60,335 nt of DNA from the IMG/VR virus record IMGVR_UViG_3300034418_003568, positions 1-60,335 of that record; one strand, written 5' to 3'. This DNA comes from a virus (taxonomy: Duplodnaviria; Caudoviricetes). The position numbers and the translations under genes are program-made. The notes under the pieces are model-generated. The model saw only the letters and a list, made by a program, of their open reading frames with translations. It did not search any database and had not been told where the DNA came from. Every line of letters begins with the position of its first letter. Positions within the stretch are counted from its first letter, which is position 1. This document shows, piece after piece, positions 52,353 through 60,335 of the stretch.

Positions 52353-53198
52353 ATGGCTTCAGGAACTGATGTGACGGCCCCTTATGGGCTGAAGCCGATC
52401 AACCTGATCGGCGGTCAGGTATATGCGGGTTCTACCCGTATGTACCCGATTCAGTACGGCTATGCGACGAACATCTTCAATGGTGATTTCGTCAAGGTCG
52501 TGCGTGGTTCCGTGACTCGCGCAGCAATCGGTGCTACCACCGCTTCAAACGCAGTCACGGGTGTGTTTGTAGGTTGCTCCTATACGGACCCTGTCAGCAA
52601 GAACAAGCGTTTCAGCCAGTACTGGCCTGCTTCGACCTTGGCTGGCGATGCGGTGGCGTATGTTGTTGACGATCCGGATGCTGTGTTTAAAGCGGCTGTC
52701 TGCTCGGCTACGACCGTCATGGCTTCGGGTGCGTATGCATTGGTGGGAACTAACCTGTCGATGATCGACAACTCAGGTGATGTAAACACCGGCAACTCTA
52801 AGAACGCGATCCTTGCTCCGGACGATACGCCTGTCACCACGATCCTTCCGGTTCGTTGTGTGGGTGTGGTTCCGGAAACTTCAATCAGCTACACCGCCAG
52901 CGGTTCATCGTCCAGCACCACCTTGACCCTTACGGGTTCGGGCGCTCCGGCGGCACTTCCGGTGGGAACCAGCGTGGCGTACTACGCCAGCAATGGTCAG
53001 TTGATTGAGACGGGTTCGTTCGTGGACACGGCGGCAGCAGCTGGCGATACGTCAATCACCCTCAACGCTGCAGTGGCAGTGCCGGGTGGTGTAACGGCGA
53101 TTCCGGCTTCTTCAACCGTAGTCTTTACGATCTACCGTGAGCTGTTGGTCAAACTCAATGTTCTGACCCATGGCTACTACAGTAGCGTTACGGCATAA
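52353..53198 (+). CDS. Capsid decoration/structural protein
   Basis: PYGLKP, IF.GD.V, GVF.GC.YTDP, V.DDPD; directly upstream of the major capsid gene. Confidence 0.65.
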   Translation: MASGTDVTAPYGLKPINLIGGQVYAGSTRMYPIQYGYATNIFNGDFVKVVRGSVTRAAIGATTASNAVTGVFVGCSYTDPVSKNKRFSQYWPASTLAGDAVAYVVDDPDAVFKAAVCSATTVMASGAYALVGTNLSMIDNSGDVNTGNSKNAILAPDDTPVTTILPVRCVGVVPETSISYTASGSSSSTTLTLTGSGAPAALPVGTSVAYYASNGQLIETGSFVDTAAAAGDTSITLNAAVAVPGGVTAIPASSTVVFTIYRELLVKLNVLTHGYYSSVTA

Positions 53199-53212
53199 GG
53201 GAGTTAGCACAA

Positions 53213-54121
53213 ATGGCTATTTCACGCGCACAAATGTTGAAGGAACTCCTGCCGGGGCTTAACGCGCTTTTCGGTTTGGAGTATGCCAAGTATGAGGATG
53301 AGCATACGCTCATCTATGAGACCGAGACTTCAGAGAAAGCCTTTGAAGAGGAAGTCAAGTTGTCAGGTTTTGGTACCGCCCCAGTGAAAGCTGAAGGCTC
53401 TGCCATTGCCTATGACAACGCTCAGGAAGCGTTCACCGCTCGCTACAACCACGAAACCATTGCGATGGGCTTTTCGATCACCGAAGAAGCCATGGAGGAC
53501 AACCTCTATGACCAGCTTTCGGCTCGTTACACCAAAGCATTGGCTCGCGGTATGGCGAACACCAAGCAGGTGAAAGCGGCTGCTTTGTTGAACAACGGTT
53601 TCACCACCTTCCAATCGGGTGATGGTGTGACGCTGTTTAACACCGCCCACCCGCTGGTATCCGGTGGCACGAACGCGAACCGCCCGACTGTGGGTGCTGA
53701 CCTCAATGAGACCTCGCTCGAAGATGCGATCATTGCGATTGCTAACTTCACCGATGAGCGTGGACTCCTCATTGCGGCCCGTCCCCGCCGTCTCATTGTT
53801 CCGTCCAACTTGATGTTCGTGGCAGAGCGCCTCATGGAGACCACTCTCCGTCCGGCAACTGCCGACAACGACATCAACGCGATCCGGAACATGGGCGCGA
53901 TCCCAGAAGGCTATGCGGTCAACCATTATCTGACCGACACCAACGCCTTCTTCATCATCACTGACATTCCCAACGGTATGAAGCACTTCGTGCGTACCCC
54001 GATGGCAACGTCGATGGATGGTGACTTTGACACCGGTAATGTGCGGTACAAGGCCCGTGAGCGTTACAGCTTCGGTGTCTCTGATCCGCTGGGTGTCTGG
54101 GGTTCGCCCGGTTCGACCTGA
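53213..54121 (+). CDS. Major capsid protein
   Basis: MAISRAQ..KEL.PGLNALFG.EY...F.ITEEA.EDNLY...DG..LF...HP...YKARERYSFG..DP. Confidence 0.9.
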   Translation: MAISRAQMLKELLPGLNALFGLEYAKYEDEHTLIYETETSEKAFEEEVKLSGFGTAPVKAEGSAIAYDNAQEAFTARYNHETIAMGFSITEEAMEDNLYDQLSARYTKALARGMANTKQVKAAALLNNGFTTFQSGDGVTLFNTAHPLVSGGTNANRPTVGADLNETSLEDAIIAIANFTDERGLLIAARPRRLIVPSNLMFVAERLMETTLRPATADNDINAIRNMGAIPEGYAVNHYLTDTNAFFIITDIPNGMKHFVRTPMATSMDGDFDTGNVRYKARERYSFGVSDPLGVWGSPGST

Positions 54122-54143
54122 TAAATCAACGCATGTTGATTGG

Positions 54144-54171
54144 AGAGGGGGCTTCGGCCCCCTTTCTTTTT
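54144..54171 (+). terminator. Intrinsic terminator after the major capsid gene
   Basis: AGGGGGC-TTCG-GCCCCCT then TTCTTTTT. Confidence 0.9.
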
Positions 54172-54200
54172 GGATTAATATGCTGTTTAATCAAGATGTT

Positions 54201-54270
54201 CCGGGGTAATTTTTTAGCTCATCAGACAGACCCGGCTGACGGCATGCAGACTGATGGGCGACTTGCATGT
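54201..54270 (+). ncRNA. Candidate double-pseudoknot leader RNA
   Basis: Interleaved stems CCGGG/CCCGG, GCTCATCAG/CTGATGGGC and GCATGCAG/TTGCATGT ending at the RBS. Confidence 0.5.
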
Positions 54271-54282
54271 GAGGATATTTAA

Positions 54283-54474
54283 ATGGGTACGACTACTTTC
54301 TCTGGTCCGGTTGTCTCGGACAATGGTTTTCAGGCCGACACCCTTGTGATCGGCACCACCGTGATTACGACGGGCAATGTATCCGGTACGATTGCTGATC
54401 AAGTGGGCTATATCCCTGTCAGTGTGGATGGAACGACCAAGTACATCGCTCTCTATGGCAGCTTAACTCCGTAA
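54283..54474 (+). CDS. Small virion protein
   Basis: MGTTTFSGPV.S.NGF N-terminus; GAGGA RBS. Confidence 0.7.
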   Translation: MGTTTFSGPVVSDNGFQADTLVIGTTVITTGNVSGTIADQVGYIPVSVDGTTKYIALYGSLTP

Positions 54475-54521
54475 GATTTTCTAGGGGGCGATTAGCCCCC
54501 TTAACCTAATGGAGATCAAGT

Positions 54522-55103
54522 ATGCAATACGATGTGTGGGCGGTCAGTCCTGAATCTGACGATGATTATTTCTTTGAGTCGGGAACTGTTAGCGGAACCC
54601 TGAGTTTGCTGGCAAACGATCTAGGCTATAACGGAACCGGTTATCAGGTATCGATAACTTCTGACGGCGCAGATGCTGACAAAACCTTTACCGTAACCGG
54701 CGTTAAGGTGGGGGCTGTGGGCTATGATGGGGTGGTTACCGAATCGGTCACCGGCCCGAGCGCGAGCGTGGTGTATTCCACCAACTACTATACCCGTGTG
54801 GATTCTGTGGCGATCAGCGCAACCTCCACTGGGAATATTAAGGTGGGATATGGCGGAGACTTGGCATTCCCGCGCACCCGAATCAAGGGTGTCTACTTTG
54901 TCAGTAACGGCGCTTCGGGTTCTGTGGTCTTCACAGCAAAACCGAATGACACCACGATCTTGAAGTTGGCGGTTGCCAGCGGAACTTTGTCGCAGGACAT
55001 GATTATCCCCGGCGAAGGGATTCTGACAACCAAGAGCAAAAATGGCGACTTCGCCATCATGACGCTCACCAACGTCACGAACGCTACGGTTATTTGTGGC
55101 TAG
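54522..55103 (+). CDS. Putative structural protein
   Basis: Beta-rich; R.RIKG...IPGEGIL. Confidence 0.6.
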   Translation: MQYDVWAVSPESDDDYFFESGTVSGTLSLLANDLGYNGTGYQVSITSDGADADKTFTVTGVKVGAVGYDGVVTESVTGPSASVVYSTNYYTRVDSVAISATSTGNIKVGYGGDLAFPRTRIKGVYFVSNGASGSVVFTAKPNDTTILKLAVASGTLSQDMIIPGEGILTTKSKNGDFAIMTLTNVTNATVICG

Positions 55104-55105
55104 TT

Positions 55106-55387
55106 ATGTCGAAGGACAGCATCCTCAAAAGGATTGGGGTTTCGGGGTACAACAAACCTAAACGTACCCCGAACCACCCCACCAAATCCCATGTGGTGGT
55201 AGCAAGGTCCGGTGATCAAATAAAGACCATCCGATTCGGTCAACAGGGCGTTTCCGGTTCTCCAAAAAAGTCAGGAGAATCAGATTCTTACAGGAAGCGC
55301 CGTGAATCTTTTAAAGCCCGTCATGCTAGCAACATTTCCAAAGGAAAGATGTCTGCGGCGTACTGGGCAGACAAGGTGAAGTGGTGA
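55106..55387 (+). CDS. Basic hypothetical protein
   Basis: K.IRFGQQG...RR.SF.ARH...SAAYWA....W. Confidence 0.7.
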   Translation: MSKDSILKRIGVSGYNKPKRTPNHPTKSHVVVARSGDQIKTIRFGQQGVSGSPKKSGESDSYRKRRESFKARHASNISKGKMSAAYWADKVKW

Positions 55388-55390
55388 GCC

Positions 55391-55645
55391 ATGGAAATGA
55401 TGATATGGAATATGGTTCTCACATTGGTGGTCGGCGTGTTGGGTTTTGTGGTGAAAGAAAAGTTTGTTGAGATCAATCGTCTTGGCATTCTTCTCAACCG
55501 AACCCGAGAAGAAGTTGCCAGAGACCATGTGACCAGAGCGGAAGTTCGTGCTGATGCTCAGATGTTGTTAGATCGATTGGATCGTTTAGAGCAAAAGATT
55601 GATCGGTTAATGAGCCGTCAATTAGCGGAGCGTGATGATGGCTAA
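55391..55645 (+). CDS. Small membrane protein with coiled coil
   Basis: N-terminal TM helix; RLDRLEQKIDRL. Confidence 0.65.
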   Translation: MEMMIWNMVLTLVVGVLGFVVKEKFVEINRLGILLNRTREEVARDHVTRAEVRADAQMLLDRLDRLEQKIDRLMSRQLAERDDG

Positions 55646-55823
55646 AGCCAAAAGCAAAGTGAATGAGGCAGGGAACTACACCAAGCCAGAACTTCGCAAA
55701 AGGCTGTTTAACCAGATTAAAGCATCTGCAACCCATGGAACCAAAGCCGGTCAGTGGAGTGCAAGAAAGGCCCAACTCCTTGCTAAGAAGTACAAGGAAG
55801 CGGGTGGTGGATATAAGTCATGA
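55632..55823 (+). CDS. DUF5872-like protein, N-terminal half
   Basis: YTKP.LR...GQWSARKAQLLA..YK.AGGGY. Confidence 0.6.
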   Translation: MMMAKAKSKVNEAGNYTKPELRKRLFNQIKASATHGTKAGQWSARKAQLLAKKYKEAGGGYKS

Positions 55824-56068
55824 GAGAGTCTCAACGGTCTTTAAAGGCGTGGGGCGAGCAGAATTGGAGAACTAAAAGTGGTAAGCCATCTAGTCAAACA
55901 GGTGAAAGATATTTACCAGAAGCTGCGATTAAAGCTCTTTCCCCAGCCGAGTATGCCCGAACCACCGCCGCCAAAAGAAAAGGTAAAGCGAAAGGCAAGC
56001 AGTTCGTACGGCAACCCGAAAGCATTGCTGCTAAAACGCGCCGCTTCCGCCAGAAAGGTAAAGCCTAA
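55820..56068 (+). CDS. DUF5872-like protein, C-terminal half
   Basis: Q.SLK.W..Q.W.TK.GK......RYLP..A...LS..EY..T...KR. Confidence 0.6.
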   Translation: MRESQRSLKAWGEQNWRTKSGKPSSQTGERYLPEAAIKALSPAEYARTTAAKRKGKAKGKQFVRQPESIAAKTRRFRQKGKA

Positions 56069-56079
56069 GAGGAAAAACA

Positions 56080-56316
56080 ATGGCAATCTCACGCGCTAAT
56101 ATGAACCAGCAAATTACTAAGCCAGCTCAGAAAAAGAAGGTGGCAACGGTGATGCGAGAATTTGAAGCCGGTGAATTGCATTCTGGTAAGAATGGTCCTG
56201 TTGTAGAGAACCCGAAGCAAGCGATTGCTATTGCATTGTCAGAAGCAGGGAAAATGAAGAAAGCAACAGGTGGACGTATTGATGGCTGCGCGGTGCGTGG
56301 TCTAACCCGAGGATAA
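56080..56316 (+). CDS. DUF6496-like basic protein
   Basis: KV..VM.EF..G.LHSG..GP.V...KQAIAIALSEAG. Confidence 0.65.
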   Translation: MAISRANMNQQITKPAQKKKVATVMREFEAGELHSGKNGPVVENPKQAIAIALSEAGKMKKATGGRIDGCAVRGLTRG

Positions 56317-56317
56317 G

Positions 56318-56512
56318 TTGATGAAAAAGGACAAAGCCAAGAAGGAACAGTCGGACGATTTGGTTCCCCGTTCAATGTTGCCTGATGATCCGAAAGCCTC
56401 TTTTCCAAAAGGCTATTTAGAAGGCAGGGAAAAGAAGTCCAGCAAGGTGGAAAAGAAAGCCATGGGTGGTCGCATTGATGGCTGCGCGGTTCGTGGTTTG
56501 ACGAGGGCGTAA
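56318..56512 (+). CDS. Small basic protein
   Basis: Ends in GGRIDGCAVRGLTRA. Confidence 0.6.
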   Translation: MMKKDKAKKEQSDDLVPRSMLPDDPKASFPKGYLEGREKKSSKVEKKAMGGRIDGCAVRGLTRA

Positions 56513-56514
56513 CC

Positions 56515-56727
56515 ATGATGCGAGGAATGGGATTGCTTTCCTCATTGATGGGAAAGAAAAGAATGCGTAATGGCATGGACGATGGTGAATCCAGCGTTTC
56601 TATTACCATCGAAAAAGAAATGGAAAGGCCTGATGAGATGATGGGCGGTGGTCGTATGCGTTATGCCAAAGGCGGACGCATTGATGGTTGTGCGATCAAA
56701 GGTAAAACCAAAGGTACTTATCGATAA
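56515..56727 (+). CDS. Small basic protein
   Basis: Ends in GGRIDGCAIKGKTKGTYR. Confidence 0.6.
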   Translation: MMRGMGLLSSLMGKKRMRNGMDDGESSVSITIEKEMERPDEMMGGGRMRYAKGGRIDGCAIKGKTKGTYR

Positions 56728-57431
56728 TGGCAACCAGCGGCACAGCGACGTTTAATCCGGACTTTGCGGAGATCGTAGAGGAAGCCTACGAACGTGCAGG
56801 TTTGGAATTGCGGACAGGGTATGACCTGAGAACCGCCCGTCGCTCCATGAATTTTATGGCTCAGGAATGGCAGAACCGAGGCATTAATTTGTGGACGGTC
56901 GCAACCGGTTCCCAAACTTTGACTGCGGGAACCTATACCTACACGATGCCAGCCGACACCATCGACCTGATGGAACATCAGTTGCGTATTTACGATGGGA
57001 ACACCGCTCTTCAAGCTGACTACAGTTTGGCTCGTATTTCGGTATCTGATTACGCCCAGTTAAACAACAAGCTCACCCAAGGCCGTCCTCTACAAATTTA
57101 TGTGGATCGCCAACGGGATGCGCCGGTTGTGTATTTGTGGCCCGTTCCCGATAACGTGCAAACTTACACCCTTGTTTATTGGTATATCCGAAGGATTCAG
57201 GATGTGGGAGCAGGCGGTGCCAACACGATGGATGTGCCTGCACGATTCTTGCCTTGTCTGGTGGCGGGGCTGGCCTACTACATTGCCATGAAGAAACCCG
57301 AATCAGCGGAACGAATTCCGTTGTTGAAATCAGAATACGAGGCGCAGTTTGAGTTGGCGGCAGGGGAGGATCGCGATAAAGCGGCTTCCCGTTTCTTGCC
57401 GTATATCTCAAGTGTGACTGGCGGGTTATGA
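56727..57431 (+). CDS. Head-tail adaptor protein
   Basis: I.EEAYERAG...ARRS.N....EW.NRG.NLW...GRP.Q...WPVPD...GLAY. Confidence 0.7.
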   Translation: MATSGTATFNPDFAEIVEEAYERAGLELRTGYDLRTARRSMNFMAQEWQNRGINLWTVATGSQTLTAGTYTYTMPADTIDLMEHQLRIYDGNTALQADYSLARISVSDYAQLNNKLTQGRPLQIYVDRQRDAPVVYLWPVPDNVQTYTLVYWYIRRIQDVGAGGANTMDVPARFLPCLVAGLAYYIAMKKPESAERIPLLKSEYEAQFELAAGEDRDKAASRFLPYISSVTGGL

Positions 57432-57432
57432 A

Positions 57433-57786
57433 ATGTCGCAGCCTTTCTCATCTGGCAAACATGCGATTGGTTACTGCGACCGGTGTGGGTTCCAGTACAA
57501 GTTGCATCAGTTAAAGAAGGATATCTTCGATCAGATTTGGACTGGGAACTTGGTTTGTGAGGCATGTTTAGACGTAGACCAACCTCAGTTGCAGTTAGGT
57601 AAAATTCCGATGGATGATCCGCAGGCTTTGAGGAATGCGCGTCCAGATCAGAATTTGCCAGAAAGCAGAGATATTTACTGGGGATGGAATCCGGTGGGTG
57701 GCGCAAGGTCTTATGATGACCCCTTGACACCTAACACTTTGGTCGGCGCGGGAGCGGTTGGAGCAGTGACGGTATCGACATCATGA
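57433..57786 (+). CDS. Zn-ribbon hypothetical protein
   Basis: CDRCGF...VCEAC.D.DQPQ...DPQALR..RPD. Confidence 0.7.
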   Translation: MSQPFSSGKHAIGYCDRCGFQYKLHQLKKDIFDQIWTGNLVCEACLDVDQPQLQLGKIPMDDPQALRNARPDQNLPESRDIYWGWNPVGGARSYDDPLTPNTLVGAGAVGAVTVSTS

Positions 57787-58424
57787 ACTATTCAGAACTG
57801 TCCAGCTTAATTCAAGAATACGTCCAATCGACGGAAACGTCTTTTGTGGCAAACATTCCTCAGTTTGTGCAATTAGCGGAAGAGCGGATCTTTAACACCG
57901 TTCAGATTCCCGCTTTGCGTCAGAACTCGACCGCGACCGTATCGGTGGGCAATCAGTACATGGCATTGCCTTCTGATTGGTTATCGACCTTCTCGCTCGC
58001 GATTATTAATCCGAGTACGAACGTGTATACCTATCTACTGAATAAAGATGTGAACTTTATTCGGGAGTGCTATACGACTTCGGGAACCCAAGGTGCGCCA
58101 CAGTATTATGGGATCTGGGATGACACCACCATGATTCTGGGTCCAACTCCGGATCTCGCCTACACATTGGAACTCCATTACTACTATTATCCGCCGTCGA
58201 TTGTGGATGTTGGAACTTCTTGGTTGGGAACCAACTTCGAGACCGTTCTGTTATACGGATCACTTCGAGAAGCCTATAACTATCTCAAGGGTGAACCGGA
58301 TATGGTTAAGAACTATGAGGACAAATACCAAGAAGCTCTGATGCAGTTAAAGCGATTGGGTGACGGATTGGAGCGTCAAGATGCTTATCGTTCAGGTCAA
58401 GTTAGGATTCCTGTAAGATCATGA
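57783..58424 (+). CDS. Head-tail connector/tail tubular A-like protein
   Basis: Y.EL...I..Y...F..LAE.RI...G.P.YY...PTPD...LLYGSL.EA. Confidence 0.7.
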   Translation: MNYSELSSLIQEYVQSTETSFVANIPQFVQLAEERIFNTVQIPALRQNSTATVSVGNQYMALPSDWLSTFSLAIINPSTNVYTYLLNKDVNFIRECYTTSGTQGAPQYYGIWDDTTMILGPTPDLAYTLELHYYYYPPSIVDVGTSWLGTNFETVLLYGSLREAYNYLKGEPDMVKNYEDKYQEALMQLKRLGDGLERQDAYRSGQVRIPVRS

Positions 58425-58717
58425 ATTTAAACGCAAATGTAGAGGTTGGATCGGTTTCGGTATTCACTACTGACAATCGCGGCTTTGATGCCGAGGAGAT
58501 TGCAGATCGTGCTATTGATAAAATTATTTTCGTAGGAGATACCCTTGTTCCAGAAACTGCAAAGTTGGCTCAAGTCTATCGTCAACAGATTCGTAAAATT
58601 CTGGTGCAGTATCTGGGAGAAGCTCAAGAGTCTGAGCGTAAAACGGTTTACGAAAGACTGACTCAGGGCGGTTACCCAGAAGCGGCACAGTTTGTTAAAC
58701 GGTTGAAAGAGGAGTAA
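58421..58717 (+). CDS. Hypothetical protein
   Basis: V.TT.NRG...EEIA.RA.DKII. Confidence 0.65.
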   Translation: MNLNANVEVGSVSVFTTDNRGFDAEEIADRAIDKIIFVGDTLVPETAKLAQVYRQQIRKILVQYLGEAQESERKTVYERLTQGGYPEAAQFVKRLKEE

Positions 58718-58722
58718 CTACC

Positions 58723-59178
58723 TTGGCTATTTCGCAAGCAATGTGTACATCGTTCAAGGTGGAGATCCTTGACGGGGTACATGCATTTGGTTCGTCAGTC
58801 ATTCGCGCTTCCGAAGCGCCGGACGTATTTAAACTCGCTTTGTATACGTCTTCGGCTACGTTGGATGCAGCAACCACTGCTTATACCACTTCGGATGAAG
58901 TCTCTTCTTCAGGGACCAACTATCCTGCCGGTGGTCTAACGCTCACGGTTTCGCAGGTTCCGACTTCGAGCAGCACGACAGCGTACTTGGATTTTGATGA
59001 CCTGACATTCCCGTCTGCTACTTTGACCGCTCGTGGTGCGTTGATCTACAACTCAACCCAGAGCGACAAAGCGGTGGCAGTACTGGACTTCGGTGGGGAT
59101 AAAACCTCAACCGCAGGTAACTTCACGATCCAATTCCCGACCGCTGACGCATCGAACGCGATTCTGCGTATCGCTTAA
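58723..59178 (+). CDS. Virion structural protein
   Basis: AISQAMCTSFK...FKLALYT...GALIYN...DFG.DK; TTG start. Confidence 0.7.
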   Translation: MAISQAMCTSFKVEILDGVHAFGSSVIRASEAPDVFKLALYTSSATLDAATTAYTTSDEVSSSGTNYPAGGLTLTVSQVPTSSSTTAYLDFDDLTFPSATLTARGALIYNSTQSDKAVAVLDFGGDKTSTAGNFTIQFPTADASNAILRIA

Positions 59179-59191
59179 CGGAGGCCGTTAA

Positions 59192-60335
59192 ATGGCCCTC
59201 GTTCTTGAAGATCGGGTCTTAGAGACCACTACCACCACAGGTAGCGGGACGATTACGCTCGCGGGGGCTAACCCCGGTTATCAGGCGTTTTCAACCGGTG
59301 TCGGTGATGGGAACCAAGCCTATTACACCATTGCGGGTGCGACCGAATGGGAAGTGGGTATCGGTACCTATACGGCTTCGGGGGATACACTGTCCCGCGA
59401 TACAGTACTTGCCTCTAGCGATAGCGGTAACAAGGTTACCTTCTCAGCGGGAACCAAAGAGGTTTTCGTTACCTATCCTGCTGGCAAAGCGATCTATGCT
59501 AATGAGTCGGGCAATGTCAGTGTTGCGTCTGGGAAGATTATTGATCTAGCGACACCGACCGTTGCCAACGATGCGGTTAATAAGCAGTACGTTGATGATC
59601 TCGTAGCAGCCGGTCTGACTTACCACACTCCCGTTAAATACGAAGTTCCAAGTACCACCGGCAATCTCACTGCAACGTACAACCAACCGGGCGGAGCAGG
59701 AGACGGGGTAGGCGCTACGCTGACCAATGCAGACACGTTGGCTGCTTTTACGCCAGACGGAGTTGTTGCGTCTGTTAATGATCGAATCCTGATCTACAAC
59801 CAAACCAATGCGTTTGAGAATGGCGTTTACACGGTCACCACAGTTGGTGATGGTTCGACAGCGTGGGTACTGACCCGTGCGACCGATGCGGATAGCTATG
59901 CCCTAAAAGATCCAAACGGGTTGGGGGAAGGTGATGCGTTCTTCATCACTTCGGGTAACACCGGAGCGGGTGAAACCTACGTCTGTAATACGACCGGCAC
60001 CATCACATTTGGTTCCACAGCCATTAACTTTGTTCAGGTTTCTGCGACACAGATCTACATTGCAGGAACCGGCATTGATATCACTGGCCCGACCATCTCA
60101 TTACAGACTCCGGTTACGGTCGCAAATGGCGGAACGAACTTAACTTCTGCCCCGACAGACGGGCAACTCCTGACGGGTAACGGAACCGGCTACACGCTCA
60201 ATACACTACAAGCAGGGACCGGAATCAGCATTGCCAATGCGCCGGGTTCTATCACGATCACTAATTCCGCGCCAGACCAAACGGTTACTCTTTCGGCGGG
60301 AACCAACATAACGGTTGGCGGTACCTATCCCAGCT
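59192..60335 (+). CDS. Tail fibre-like protein, N-terminal part (continues to position 381)
   Basis: MALVLEDRVLETTTTTGSG...EWEVGIGTY...DAVNKQYVD...ENGVY.V...LTRATD; GGAGG RBS; no stop before the window end, so absent from the track. Confidence 0.85.
   Translation, partial: MALVLEDRVLETTTTTGSGTITLAGANPGYQAFSTGVGDGNQAYYTIAGATEWEVGIGTYTASGDTLSRDTVLASSDSGNKVTFSAGTKEVFVTYPAGKAIYANESGNVSVASGKIIDLATPTVANDAVNKQYVDDLVAAGLTYHTPVKYEVPSTTGNLTATYNQPGGAGDGVGATLTNADTLAAFTPDGVVASVNDRILIYNQTNAFENGVYTVTTVGDGSTAWVLTRATDADSYALKDPNGLGEGDAFFITSGNTGAGETYVCNTTGTITFGSTAINFVQVSATQIYIAGTGIDITGPTISLQTPVTVANGGTNLTSAPTDGQLLTGNGTGYTLNTLQAGTGISIANAPGSITITNSAPDQTVTLSAGTNITVGGTYPS
60209..60335. repeat. Terminal direct repeat (assembly overlap), right copy
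   Basis: Identical to 1-127. Confidence 0.95.

Overview
The window is a complete, circularly assembled genome (~60.2 kb) of a tailed dsDNA phage, probably short-tailed. A 127-bp terminal overlap (1-127 = 60209-60335) interrupts a tail-fibre gene. The + strand carries packaging, head, tail, lysis and internal-virion genes from ~45.2 kb across the junction to 29.1 kb: terS, terL, portal, GroES-like protein, scaffold, major capsid, Gly-rich fibres, holin, M15 endolysin and a 2147-aa polyvalent protein. The - strand carries an early region (45.0-38.7 kb, includes ardC) and a recombination/middle region (35.7-29.2 kb), separated by a short + strand rusA/primase-helicase unit. I found no integrase, DNA polymerase, tRNA or CRISPR array. 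The most interesting content is non-coding. (1) Three type II hammerhead ribozymes sit between stop codons and RBSs in the early operon, two of them bracketing ardC. (2) Two predicted ~85-nt sRNAs share the promoter design TTGCWW-N17-TAGTAT, a 5' hairpin with an anti-Shine-Dalgarno loop, and a terminator. One is complementary to an extended SD (RGGTGCA) at 13 early-gene starts, the other matches the Sak gene SD over 11 nt. (3) Several structured leaders and pseudoknots. Protein calls come from motif recognition and structures from pairing by eye; no database search or folding program was run.
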